Notes: generated by a model from the letters alone, not told the origin. A stretch of DNA of 63,885 nt, filler included, from Fonticula-like sp. SCN 57-25 (GCA_001724245.1; 3 parts of 3 records of this genome joined end to end with filler, not necessarily neighbours in it); one strand, 5' to 3'. Counted from the whole stretch's first letter, positions 47,788 to 60,268 are shown. A program made the numbers and translations.

Positions 47788-48139
47788 GTGGAAAAAAGTG
47801 GAAAATGCTAGAGCGGCGGCGGCAGGAAAGGACAAGTTAAAATGACTCTTTGATGTATCTATAATCTCCCCACTTCATCCCTTTTCTTTTCTTTATCATT
47901 GTCATGGTCGCTCGTGCCTGGCGCGGCCGCGCGCTTCTTTTCTGTTCCTATTGTTTCGGTGATTTGCAGTTTCCTTCCTTCTTTCGTGATGTGATGTGTG
48001 CACATGATGATGATGATGATGACAAAATTAATATGCAATATATTACACAGCATACACAAATATCGATAATTATAAAGACTACAATGTCATTAGAATACAG
48101 CGAAAGTGCAATGAAAATGTGCAAAAATGACGACAATGC

Positions 48140-49210
48140 TCATACAAATTTCGGCTTGGCGGTCGTTTGCCGCCTCGTGCACGCAAAGACGACCGCCGTC
48201 ACCGCCCACACCACGACCGCGGCAATGACGACCACCTTGACAACCACGTGGTCCACAAATGGGCAGTCCCTGTACGCATACCGCCACTTGCCTCCCTCCC
48301 ACGTGGCCTCAAATAGCCCGACATTGCCGCCGTACTCTGCCATGACCGACCGCACGGTGACTTCGCTGACGCCGCCGGGGTGCTCCACGCGGCACCCCTC
48401 GTGGTCGTGCCCGTTAAAGATAAATGGCGGGAAAGCGAGCCGCTCGAGCAGCGCCGCGCTCGTCTCTGGCGTGAGCATGTTTTGCTTGTCGACGGCGCCG
48501 CCGTAGCCGAGGCGCGTCAGGGGCGGGTCGACGCACACGCCCGCATCCTTGTGCAGCGGAATGTGCAGAAAGACGAGTGGGACGAGCGACTCATTCGCGG
48601 CCATGTGGCGAGCCTCGTCGACGGTCGCCCATGTGGTCTCGTGTGCCTTTGGGTACCGCCCGCCGGCCTCGAGGCTCTGCGCGTTGAGCAGCACGAGCAG
48701 GTGGCCGCCGGCGCGGTGGACGGCGTCCAGCGGGCCGAACGCGCGCGCAAAGCGGTCCGCGCGAGAAGCGTCCAGCAGCGCGCCGTAGCCAATGTCGTGG
48801 TTGCCGGCGAGGTAGTGCACGGGCGGAAGCGGCTCGGGAAGGCCGGGCGGCAGCGCCAGCATCCACTTTAGGCGCTCGACGCGCAACGCAAACTCGCCAT
48901 CCGGGATGTGCTCGGACGACAAAAGATCGCCGAGAAGGACAATGTGGGTGGGGTGCAGCGCGCTGACGGACGTGCTGAAGCGGTGGTGAATGTACGCATC
49001 GTTGAAGGCGACGTCCTGGGCGGCGAGGCGTCCGCGGGAGGCGCTGGGGTAGCCGACGATCTGCGGATCAGCAACGAGAAGAATGCGAAGAGAAGAGGAG
49101 GGGAGCTGCCAGCCGCAAAAGAGATACGAATGAAAGTACAGGGATAGGACGGAGAGGAGGAGAAGAATGGATGCGGCGAGAGATGCCCGCCGCAGCAGCC
49201 GCGACATCAT
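48140..49210 (-). CDS. Calcineurin-like metallophosphoesterase (MPPE1/Cdc1/Ted1 family)
   Basis: VADPQ, LGDL, AGNHDIGY, LHIPLHK, NGHDHEGC; N- and C-terminal TMs. Confidence 0.88.
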   Translation of the reverse strand: MMSRLLRRASLAASILLLLSVLSLYFHSYLFCGWQLPSSSLRILLVADPQIVGYPSASRGRLAAQDVAFNDAYIHHRFSTSVSALHPTHIVLLGDLLSSEHIPDGEFALRVERLKWMLALPPGLPEPLPPVHYLAGNHDIGYGALLDASRADRFARAFGPLDAVHRAGGHLLVLLNAQSLEAGGRYPKAHETTWATVDEARHMAANESLVPLVFLHIPLHKDAGVCVDPPLTRLGYGGAVDKQNMLTPETSAALLERLAFPPFIFNGHDHEGCRVEHPGGVSEVTVRSVMAEYGGNVGLFEATWEGGKWRYAYRDCPFVDHVVVKVVVIAAVVVWAVTAVVFACTRRQTTAKPKFV

Positions 49211-49466
49211 CGGCGAATCGCGATGGCGGGTGGCGGGAAATATCAAAGTGAAGATGGACACGAAAGAGTTAAGAAAGAAAAACTGAAAAGCGTCCTTTAC
49301 AAACGATATTCCTCTATGAATAACAACAGAAAAGTGGACGTAAAGTGGCTGGACGCAGGTGCCTCTACAGCAGTCGCAAAAGGAGACTAGTGTATGTTTA
49401 TTACAATCTGTACATGAATCGTTTGAAAACGTGGAATCCGTGCCGACTCTAACGTTTTCTTTTTCC

Positions 49467-49900
49467 TTACTTCTTCTTCTTCGTCTGCGTGCGCTTGCCT
49501 TGGCCTACAAAGAAAAGGCGGGGTGAGCAAATGTCGCACAATGATCCTAGTAAAAGAGGCAAAACAGGAAAAAGACGCACCCTTCTTGGGCGGCCCGCGA
49601 CCGCGCTTCCGCATCTCGTCGGCCTTTTCGCGCCAGTAGACCTTTGAAAAGTCCTGGTACATGCCGTCAAACGCCCACATGTGCATCGGCGGCGGGTAGT
49701 AGTTCACGACGTTCTCGGGGACGGGTAGCCTCCGGAGGTACTTGAGACCCGTGCGCTCGCGCCTAGAGCACCATAAAGTCAGGAAACGCACAATAAAATT
49801 AAAAAAGTATTAAATAAACGTACGTGGGGTTCCATACGTGCCCGAAGACGCGAGCGGACAGCTGCGCGACGCGCATGTAGCTGTCCCGCAAGGCGCTCAT
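49467..49900 (-). CDS. Mitochondrial ribosomal protein mS33 (Rsm27)-like
   Basis: LSARVFG.VWNP-..RTG.KYLR..NYYP..RGRGPPKKGQGKR; 2 introns. Confidence 0.85.
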
Positions 49901-50203
49901 TTCCGCTGCCGGGATCTACTCACGCGGAACACGAGTCACGTGATAATACTAGAGAAAGGTCGTTGATTTTACCTGGAATGGACGGTCCATTCTGAGTGAA
50001 CTTTTTTGCATCACTCTGTAAGAAACGCCGCTGAATTCACTTTGAATGGACGGTTCATCTTTCAAGAGTTAATACCTGTCACTGCTCGTTGAAACAGTGC
50101 ACGCAAATGAGGCTCCATCCGGCCAAATACTCAGTGTTGGCACAAATCAAATATACCGTGGCCTGCCCATATTGTTCAATGCACACCGATCATAGTGATG
50201 AGA

Positions 50204-50303
50204 NNNNNNNNNNNNNNNNNNNNNNNNNNNNNNNNNNNNNNNNNNNNTTAATTAATTAANNNNNNNNNNNNNNNNNNNNNNNNNNNNNNNNNNNNNNNNN
50301 NNN
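50204..50303. other. Assembly gap / artificial contig linker
   Basis: N44-TTAATTAATTAA-N44. Confidence 0.97.
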
Positions 50304-50327
50304 CAAATTATGTTTTACAACGCTTCT

Positions 50328-52985
50328 TCAAGCCCTTTTCTCCGCATCGGGCGTGTCCACTTTTGGCTCTGAAACAGCCGCCGCCGAATCGGTTCCCGTC
50401 TCGACCGCCTTTTCGGCCTCTTTTGTACCCTCTTGCTCAACGGCCTTGACCTCTTGAGCCTTATCAACTGGAGCTTCTTGAGGCTTATCAGCCGATACTT
50501 CTTGAGGCTTATCAGCTGTGGCATCTTGAGCCTTTTCAACTGGCGCCTCTTGAGCCGTTTCAGTCTTTACTTGTTCCTTTTCCTCGACCTTGACCTCTTC
50601 CTGAGGCTTATCAGCCTTGATCTCTTCAGGCTTATCGGCCTTGATCTCCTCAGCCTTGACCTCTTCCTTTGCCTCAGCCTTGACCTCCTCAGCCTTGGCC
50701 ACGTGACCAACAGCTTCAGCCTTTGCTTCAGGCTGCTGCTTGGCCGCGTCCGACGCCGTCTTTTCCTGCGACTTTACATACTCATCCACAAGCACTATCA
50801 ACCCAGTTAGCCATCCAATCAAATAACCATATTTAATTTCCCTAATTTAGTCGTACCGTTCCATTTGTCAAACAGCTTGCTAAAGCGCTCGGCGAGGTTG
50901 TACTTTGTAGAGGCGATTTGAGCCTTGCTGAGCTGACGAACAGTCTTGCCAATGGCCGACTCTTGCATGAGCGGGATCGTGATAGGGAAGGACTCGAGGG
51001 TCGACAGCAGAGAGTCAACCAGACCAAACGACTGCAAGAGATTCGTAAGCAAAAGAACATTAAATCCAATATAAAACCAGCTTGCACATCAAATTCAGAG
51101 CCAACTGCACATTAAATCCAATATGAAACCAAATATACCCATGGAATCCAATATAAAACTGAGCAAATTTCCAACCAAATCCAACATAAAACTGTCCAAA
51201 TTCCAACCAAATTCAATAAAATTCACTCTAAAATCGTACCGGCTTGCCCGCCTTGAACTGGGCGATGAGCGTCTCGCGCACCGCCTTGAGCTTCCCCGCG
51301 CCCTCACCCGCCGCCGCCAGCAACGCACTCACCTGCGCCGCATAATCAACCGGCGCTGCCACAGCGGGCGCAGCCGCCTTTGCCGCCACAGCAGATTTGC
51401 CTTCATTCTTGGCGTCGCTCTTGACGTCTTTCTTGACGTCCTTCTTGTCGGAAGAAGACGCCTTTTTGGTGTCTTCCCGAGCGCGTTTCTTTTCCTTTCG
51501 CTTCTCTTCCTCATCATCTTCATAATCTTCTTCCTCATCATCATGCGCGCGCCGCTTCTTTTTCTTGTCACTTTCGCCTTCGCTGCTCTTGCGCTCCGCT
51601 CTCCGCCGCTCCTTTTCCGCGCGCTTCTTCTCCTTTTCCTCGCGGCGCTTCTTCTTCCGCTCCAGCTTTTCCTCCTTTTCGAGCCTGCGCTTGCGGCGGC
51701 GCTCCTCTTCGGCAACGGCGGCGGCCACTTCGGCGGCGCTCACAGAGGCCACGGGGATGACAACTTCGGCTTTCTCGGACGGCGTTTCGGAGGCGGCGCG
51801 GTTCTTGCGGGCGGCGCGTTCGGCGCGGATGCGGGCGCGCTCTTCTTTGCGCTTTAGTTTCTCTGCCTTGAGGCTGAAGGGGGGATTAGCCAATGGGAAG
51901 AGAGGGAAGGGGGAAATGAGCCAATGGCGTACCGGTCCTTTTCTTCCTTGGTCATCTTGGCGACCTTTTCGCGGAGATCGCCCTGGAAAAGGGTCAGGAA
52001 ATGTGCAAGTGAAAGAGCAGAGGAACACAACAACATATCAAAGCGAATCAGGCATACAATAACATACTAAACCTGTTTACAAGAACATACGTAACATGAC
52101 ATACAAGCTACGATTTACACAAACACGCTGGCCTGCACACACCCAGAGCAAACACAAAGCAACACACAACATATCATACACATAATACACACACACAACA
52201 CACAATACATAACTATATAAAACATACCTTTTCCGCCTTGCTGTCGTCACCGGACTCGGCGGCGGCACTCTCTTCATCGTCGTCGTCGCCGTCCTTTTCG
52301 TCGCGCGACGGTGAAGCAGTGTCCGCCTTGACGCGCTTACGCGGCGGCTTCTGAGGACGCCCGCGCTTCTTGGGCGTCGAGGCAGGCTTCTTGGCCTCAG
52401 CCGAGTCGTCATCCGAACCGGATCCCGAGTCATCGTCGCTCTCATCGGCCGATTCCGCAGGGGCACCAACAGCATTCGGAAGGCTGCAAAAGTAATGCCA
52501 ACAAAGAAACAGAGAAAACACACAAGAAGGAAAGAAAATGAAGCGTGAATAAAAGACAAAAGGAAACGCGGCGGCGCACATGGACAGGTCGACGTTGTCG
52601 TTGGCCTCCTTGAGGGCGGCAGACAGCGCCTTGTTGGGCTTGCCCGAGGGGCTTGTGCCATCAAAAGCAGTCACGTCCTTGGCCGGCATCCACGCACTGA
52701 GCCCGTTTGCTTAGCAAGAGGCGGGCAAGCAGGCAAGACAGGGAAAAAGAAGGCGTACATTTCGTGCGTGCCGTAAAAGATCACAGGGACAGTGCATCCC
52801 GTCTTCTTGGCAATGGGCAATCCCGACAGAACCTGCAAAGGCGAATGCAAAACAGCGCGCAAACGCAAGATTCGTTAGTAAAAAGGCACATACAATGTAC
52901 TATTCAAGCGCACCATTGCGGGCCACGGCGGGTACGACCGCATCTTGGCCCACACCTTGTCGCCCGCCTTTGGCTTGCTCGACAT
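50328..52985 (-). CDS. PWWP + AT-hook + TFIIS-N (IBD-like) chromatin protein
   Basis: GDKVWAKMRSYPPWPA..VIFYGTHE; KKRGRPQK; LSTLESFPITIPLMQESAIGKTVRQL..LFDKW. Confidence 0.8.
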
Positions 52986-53230
52986 GCCTACAGATCAACG
53001 GACAGTTCGCGTTTGATTTGCCGCCACCAATCAAGATTGCAGTTTGCTTGTTGTCATCATGTCAGATTGCAGTTTGCACATTGGCAGCGGCAATTTTGCA
53101 TCTTTTGTGTGCCATTTTTGACCCATTTCAAGCAGCAATTCATGTTCAAGGGCAGTTTGCGTGCCATTAAGAGTAAATGCCACACCGAGAAAGGCAACAA
53201 AACTGTACAAAAGTCATACAAACAGGGAAA

Positions 53231-56200
53231 TCAGCGCCTCCTTTCGTTCTTCAGCCCGCTGCCCTTGACCGCCGCCTTCTTGTCGAGCCTCTTTGGCGCC
53301 GCCTTGCGCTCCGCCGCCCGCTGCCTGGCCACCTTGAGCGCCTATTGAAGCAAAAAGTAAGCTTCCTATTCACCTTTTCTATTCTCATTTCCTATTTCGT
53401 ACCTGCGCAAGTGCCTCTTCGCGCTCCTGCAGCGCCTCGACCTTTGGCAGCAGCGCGTTGGCGACAAAGTGGCCGTGAAGGCCGCCGTGCCCCGCGTACT
53501 CTTCGCTGTCCTTCAGGTCGGCCTCGGCGCGCGCCTCGAGCGTGCGCATGAACGGCCGCGTGGCGACCGGCGCGAGCAAAAACATGGCGCGGCCGGGCTG
53601 CTTGGCCATGGCGCGCGTAAGAGGGTGCTCGGCGGGCGCGGGCGTCGGCGGCTGAGAAGCGCCGCCGCGCCAGTTGTAAAGCCGGAAAATATCGCTCGGT
53701 GTGCCCTGCATGCCAGGCTGGTTCTACAAACGCACATAAAGTGTCAGATGTGGGGCGATAAACGCAAAATACACCTAACACCACGCAAAAAAACCACGAA
53801 AACCACACAAAAAGACACCAAAAAATATGGTTTTCGTACGCGTGCGATGCGGACGGCGAGCTTGGCCAATGTCGGATGATAGTGCTTTTGCAGCGCAGCA
53901 AAGTCCCACAATGCCGACGCAAACGGCGCGGCGAGATCCGGGTCGTCAATATCATACCTGTAAACACCGTTGCCCGTCTGCTCTGTATCGAGCAGCCCCG
54001 CCACGCGCGGGTACGCCTGCATGATGCGGTGCGCCACCGAGAGCACCGCCAGAGCGGCATGCGGCTCGAGCTGCGTCGAAATGTGCACCATGCGCTTGAC
54101 AAACGCCGCGACGCGGTCCGTCGACATTGACTTTATCTGCTGCAGCGTCGTCGAAATGGCCGTCAGCGCGAGCTCGACGTCGGCGTTTGCACTCGTCGGC
54201 AGCGACGGCAGCATGCGGTACAGCACATAGTAAAACTCCTTCATGTCGAGCATGAGCGCCTCGCCCTGCCCGCGCGACAGTCTAAACGCCGTGATGACGC
54301 AGTGGAGCGCGCTGCGGAGCGACACGTGCGGGTCGCTCGCCACCTGCCGCAGCACCACAAGAAGGTCGGCCATGAACTCGACGTTGATCAGGTGCGCAAA
54401 GCGGGCGAGGCCGGCAAGCACGGTCGGGATGAGCGGCGACTGGCGAAGGTTCTTGAGGATTTTAAAGTAGGTCTGGAAGACAATCTTGAGCGTTTCGGTG
54501 TGAAGGCGCTTGCGCTCCTCGCGGTCGACTTCGGCGTCGGCCTCGCGAAGGTCGCGCTCGAGCTCTTTCTCTTCCTTGGTGAGCTTGCGCTTCTTGCGGC
54601 TCAGGTGCTGCTTTTGGGTTTTCTGCTTCTTGCCGCCGGGGGCGGAAGACTCGTCGGACTCGGGCTCAAGGTCGTCAATTAGGCGCAGACTCAGGAACAC
54701 CTCAAGGACCTGCGGAGATGTAAGCAACAAGAAAAAGGACAAGGGAAAGTACACAAAAGCAACAGAAAATACACCAAACAGCACCAGAACAACCACCAAA
54801 ACGACGACAACAACCATAAAATCCACTTTCCTCCAAATTTCCTCCAAGTTTCCCTCTTCGTACAGGGGCAGGAGCGTTAAAGCTGCGCGCCTTGATAAAC
54901 CTATAAATGATCTTTGTCGCCTCGAGCGACGCCTCGCCGTGCTCGTCATCCGTAAACAGTGTCCGAATTGCGGTCAACCCGCGCTCGGCCAACCCGGGCG
55001 GGTTCGCCGTCGCCAGCCGCGCAACGACCGACGTCAAAATGTTTGAGCTAAAGTTAAAGTTGATTTTCGTAATCAGCATCTCGCAAAGGCACTGCATAGC
55101 CGCGGTCGCGACGCCGTCCGTCGGCCCAGTGTACGCCGGCTTTCCATCGGCCTCTTCTTCGGCGGCCTTCTTCTTCCGTGCCGACTGGTGCTTGCGGTGC
55201 GACTGCAGGATGCGCTCGCAGTCCTGAAGGAAGACCTGGTAGTGGCGAAGCAGCGTCGACTCGAACTTGCGCAGCTTGGCAACGTCGCCAGACACCTTGA
55301 CGGCCTTTTCGGCCTCGGACAGCTCGCGTATCCGGTACCTTTTTTGTCACGTGGTAAGCATACACAGCGAAATAGAAATGTACAAGCGCACCCGGGGAGA
55401 ATGTCCTTGAAGATAGCGGCCGAGGTGAGGAGGGCGAGCTGGTTGACGGTCGGGTGCGGCGAGTTGCACAGCTGGCGGACCTGCCCGATCATCTCGAGGC
55501 GGCCTTCGGGGTTTTGCGTGATGGCCGCCGCGAGGGAGGCCAGGCGCTCCTTGCTCACAGAGAGGAAGGCGTTACGGCCCATTGCGGTTTTCATGTAGTC
55601 GGCGATCTCCTCGTCGGTGAGCTCGGCGACGGCGGGGCCCTTGGGGAGGCGATCCGCGACGGTCGGGAGCTCGCCTTCCATCTTGAGGGCGGCGGCCTTG
55701 GCCTGCTCGGCGGCAACCTTGGCGGCGGAGGCGGCGCGGCGCTCTTCGCGCTGCGCGATCTGGCGCTCAAGCTGCTTGTTCTTGCGAGCGGAAAGCTGAA
55801 CGGGGCTCAGCGTCTCGTCATCTACGGGGTCTGCGTCAGGAAAAAGAGGGAAAGAAATACCAACACGAACCAATAACAAGCTCGCGCTTGTTCGCCTGAA
55901 GGACACCGTCGCGGCCCTTTACGGGAAGGCGCGTTTCCTCATCGCGCACAGCGGTCGATGGGACGCGATGGCGATCCTCGAGACGCGACAGCGACTCGTG
56001 CCCGTCATCCTCGTCATCTTCGTCATCGTCCTCCTCGCTCCCTTCATCACCATCGGCCTCGTCGTCGTCGTCAGAGTCGCTGTTGATGTCGGGGAGGTCG
56101 GGGTCCGACACCTCGGGGCGGATCACCTTGCCCTTGTCGACCGGCCTAAAGATTACAAGTTAGCCCACGTGCCAGCCACACTCGATCATGCGCACTTTAA

Positions 56201-56488
56201 AAGCGTATCCGCGTCCATACTCTCCAGGAACTTTGCGTGCGCGCCGTACTCGCGGAGGAACTCAATGTCGTCCTCGTCGACGGGCATGTCGTCCTCGTCC
56301 TCGTCCGTGATGACCGGCAGCGGAGGCGCCTTGCGCTCATTGTTGCCATTCCGACCCTTCTGTCCGCCACGGCCGCCTCGCGAGCCACCGCGGCCGCCTC
56401 TACCTGCGCCACCGCGCGACGCTCCACCACGACCGGCTCCGCCGCGGCCGCCCTTGGACATGGCGCCGCCTCGTTGCCCCGCAGCCAT
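53231..56488 (-). CDS. NOC3: Nucleolar complex protein 3
   Basis: RLPVK..G, IFKDILPGYRIR, FNFSSNI, READAEVD, GLARFAHLINVEF, RVAAFVKR, LQKHYHP. Confidence 0.92.
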
Positions 56489-56815
56489 TGTCAAGTTCGC
56501 CACGAGGTTGATGAGTGTCAGTTTGCACGTCAGTTTGCATCCCCTATTCAAACCATCGATCAAACTATGCATGGCAGCTACTCGTGCATGTCATGCTCGA
56601 ACATACAAAATAAACCGTTTCTGCGCAAATACTGAAAGCAGAAAGTCATTAATATTTGCTTGTTGTCCATTTCCCGTATATTGAAACCTTTTCCTATTCA
56701 AACCAGACCATGCATGAGCAATGTTCCAATTTACGTTCTTTCTCTGTATCTGTGGCAGCAAGTAAAACTAAAACCTACTATTGTATGCTACAAGGAAAAC
56801 TAAAAGATGACGCAA

Positions 56816-59192
56816 TTACTGCTTGGACCTGCTGCTGCGCGTGGTGCGGACGGGCGTCGCCGGCTCCTCCATCTCCTCGCTATCCTCCTCATGAAGGCTC
56901 GCCAGCCTCGCCGACCGGCGCGCGGGAGTCTGCAACCTCATTACCGGCGAGATTTCCCTACAAATAAACACGTAAGCATTATTATATAGCCCCATTCATA
57001 TTGCGTACCGCTCCTGGACCATGTCGGCGGCAAAAGTGACCCTGGGCGTGCGCGCCACACGGCCCGCCTCGCCGGCCTTCTTCATGGCGCTCTGCGGCTC
57101 ACCTGCCTTGACGCTCTTGACGCGACCCGCCGCGGGCGACGGCGCCGCCGGCTCGACAAACGCCTTATTGGGCATGTACGCGTAGCCCGCCTCGCCGCGC
57201 AGCAGCTCATTGATGGGCGTCGCGAGCGGCGTCGAGTGCGCGCGCGCGCTGCGGATCGAACGCCGCACCGGCGTAAGGATGACGTCAGCACCGAGCGCCT
57301 CGCGCTGCCGCGGCGTCGCAACCACGGGCTCGAGCGCGCCAAACGACGACCCAAGCTGCTCTTGAGGGGCAGCCTTGGTCGACTTTGGCGTGTTCAGCGA
57401 CAGCGCCTGCATGAACTGGTGCACGAGGTCGTCCGTCTGGCGCGCGTCGCGCGACGGGATCGGCTGGCGAAGGGGGGTCGCGGGAGCGGGCGATGACGTC
57501 ACGCGCGTGGGGGTGCGGCGCGTGCGCTCGTCCACGTGGCGCGCGTGGGCGGGGACCTTGACGGGCGACGGACAGGGGCTCACATTGCCGTCCTGAAGGG
57601 CGCTCTCCTCGTCGAGGGCGGCCGACACGCCGGGGCTCGTCTGGGCAATCGTGCGCAACATGGAGGTGGCCACGTGGGCAGAGGCGGCGCGGCTCGGCGT
57701 CATCGGGGCGGGGGCGGATGAGGCGGGGGCGGCGAAAGAGGCGTTCGAGGTCAGGTCCAGACCGGCCGGGGCGATCTGCTTGTGAGAAGGGGACGCTGGA
57801 AAACATGTCAGTAGGGCAGAAAAAGCAGGCAAAGTGAACAAGAATAAAGTATTCACAATGTATCATGTTTCACAAGCAGTCCCCGCACAGTATCATATTC
57901 TTACCCTTACCTCTACCCACAAATATAAATCCATTCAATCGTACCAAGCTGACGGCGCTGCGCACGCATCAAGTACCAGCGAATGCCGGCGTGAACATCC
58001 TCAGACGGCTACGTACTCTATTTAGTATCACATTTCCTTATCATAAATTTCTCCTCGTACCTCTGCGCCGACCTCAATGGCCTTTTCGTAGAGCGGCAGG
58101 ACGCGGCTCGCCTCGCCGCAGTCCTCCTCAAACTTGGCGCGCGTGATCCAGTAAATGGCCGCGCGGCCATTCGTGCACTCGAGCATTTCAAATACGACGC
58201 GCGCCGCTTCGGTCTCACCGCGCTGTGTCCTTGTTTAGCACACAAAAGTACAATAAATGAAGCGTACCTTGGAGAGCGAGGCGGCGTTCTGAAGGCTAAA
58301 GAGAAGCGTGGACGCGTTCAAAAGTTCGGTCCAGACAGGCTTGCCGTTCTCGTCAACAAAGCGCAAAACAACATTCTTGTCAAGCTTGCCGCGACTGAAA
58401 CCGAAAAGTCAGCCATAAAAACAAAAAAAACCACCAAAACAAATAATTATGCGTACGGAATGGACGCCTTCTTTACCGGCGGGCTGTCGACCTTTGGTGC
58501 AGCAACCTTGGGCGCAGCGGCCCGAACCGGCGTCGCTGTCTTGCTCGGCCTGCGCACGGGCGACGGCGCGAGCATGGTCGGCTCGCTCCTGCGCACAACG
58601 GGCGACGCCGGCGCAAAGACGTCCTCGTCGGCGGCGTTGGAAAAGGCCGGGCCAAAGAGGTTGTTGTTGCCGGCCACCGGCGTCTGCACGGGCGAGGCGT
58701 GCCAGTCCGGCATCGTGTAAAGCGGCGGCAGGGGAGTGCGCATCAGCGACTCAATGGTAGGGCCAAGGTCGCGGTCGCGCGGGCTGAATGAAAAACAGTC
58801 AGAAAAAATGGTTTTGACGATCATCGTGGGCAAAGAAAGGCGTACGCGAGCGCATCGAGGCGACGCGAAAGGCCCACGGCGGGGCTCTGCATCTGCGAAA
58901 TGCGCTGCGCGAGATTGATCGTCGCGCGGCTGGGCGTCGGCGGCTCATTCATGGAAGAGGTGGCGCGAGCGTTGCTGCTGCTGCTCACCATCTTGATGCG
59001 GCTCGCCAGGCGGCTCGTCTTGCTCGTTTCTGCGCCACCGTCAGCATCAGCATCAGCCCAAGTGGTAGCACAAATAGTCGTACCTTCACGGGCGGCCGAC
59101 GGCTCCGAATTGAGCACGGACTTTGCCGCGGTTGAAACACAGTCATTCTCCTTGCTCTCATGAGCAGCGTCTCCATTCCGAGTCGACTCCAT
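56816..59192 (-). CDS. CKAP2/CKAP2L-like mitotic microtubule-associated protein
   Basis: YWITRAKFEE..VLPLYEKAIEVGAEP (TPR-like CKAP2_C), LTPVRRSIR, YMPNKA, N-terminal KEN box, many S/T-P sites. Confidence 0.6.
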
Positions 59193-59744
59193 TGCGCGAG
59201 CCGACAGCTGATCGAATCGCACCTGCGAGGAGTGTCACAAATTTGAATCAAAAATTTCAGAGGTAACGGTCGATGCAAACTAGTTTGCATTCGAATCAGA
59301 TCGGTGATTGGACCAGGATTGGACCAGAGACATGCCGCCGTGTGGCTGTGAACGGGCCAGCGGGCCGCAATAGAAAGCTAAACAAAAGTAGAACAAAGAG
59401 GCTGCAACACGGCAGCAAAATAAGAAATGATATTAGGTACTTGGTTTTCAATAGTGTTGTTTGTTCACCTTCTTCTCGGGAGTGAAAGTTGGTGCATTGT
59501 GAGTTTCATTCTTGAGTTCAAAAGTGAATATGACCATGAAACAAAGAAAAACAGCATAATTAAATAACTAAAACGGGACGGTTAAATAACGATAGTGCAC
59601 TGCTTTGTGTATGAAACTGGTTTCTGAAACGGTTGTGAAGAGATCCCGAGGATGGTGTATTGAGGCAAAAATAACACGATAATGTACACAAAAATGTCGC
59701 TGGGTGCGCGTGGAAAACACACGCGCACACAACAGCCACTCTGT

Positions 59745-60148
59745 TTATCCGTCGCGCCATTGGTGTCCGCAGCTGCAGCACTTGTAAAACGTCGACATTG
59801 GCTCGTCGGCCGACCGAATCTGAATCTGCATGAAGAACGCCCTGCGGTGATCGCACTTTGGACACACGGCTGCAAGAACGTAATTCAGTAAGCAAAAAAT
59901 GAAATGTAAAGTAAAGCTTGAAGAAAGCAAGTAAAAAGGCAATTATGCGCACCTTCAGTGGCGTCCACGTTCTCCCACGCGCTGGCTCCGCCGAGCACGT
60001 CGTCCACCTGTTTGCGCTGCAATTTTACGACCGACGACACCGTTTGAGTAATATCATACACATACGGGCATGTGTGGCAATAAAACTGCAGCGACTCGGC
60101 CCCGCGCGTCACCAGCAGGATGTTGGCGCACACCGGGCAGAACCGCAT
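59745..60148 (-). CDS. POLR3K: RNA polymerase III subunit RPC11
   Basis: FCPVCANIL..CHTCPY, VDDVLGG..AW, CPKC..FMQIQIRSADEPMSTFYKCC.C...W. Confidence 0.95.
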
Positions 60149-60170
60149 GGCGCGCGAGAGAGGAACGACT

Positions 60171-60257
60171 TGAGGGGCAGCGCGATTCCTTGAGGGGCAG
60201 ATTAATCTCTTGAGGGGCAGATTAATCTCTTGAGGGGCAGTCGATTGCCGAGGGGCG
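60171..60257. repeat. 20-bp tandem repeat (TGAGGGGCAGATTAATCTCT) in a divergent promoter
   Basis: TGAGGGGCAG at 60171, 60191, 60211 and 60231, plus a partial fifth copy. Confidence 0.9.
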
Positions 60258-60268
60258 GCGTTGGAACC

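Noticed and set aside
45949-47835. 628-aa ORF antisense to ATAD3
   Set aside because: Shadow ORF caused by strong GC3 codon bias; no recognisable domain
49976-50060. Hairpin GAATGGAC-G-GTCCATTC with a partial second copy near the contig end
   Set aside because: Too short and truncated by the gap to assign as a transposon end or ncRNA
60171-60257. Regularly spaced direct repeats resembling a mini-CRISPR
   Set aside because: 10-bp repeat with 10-bp, partly identical spacers; eukaryotic context and no cas genes
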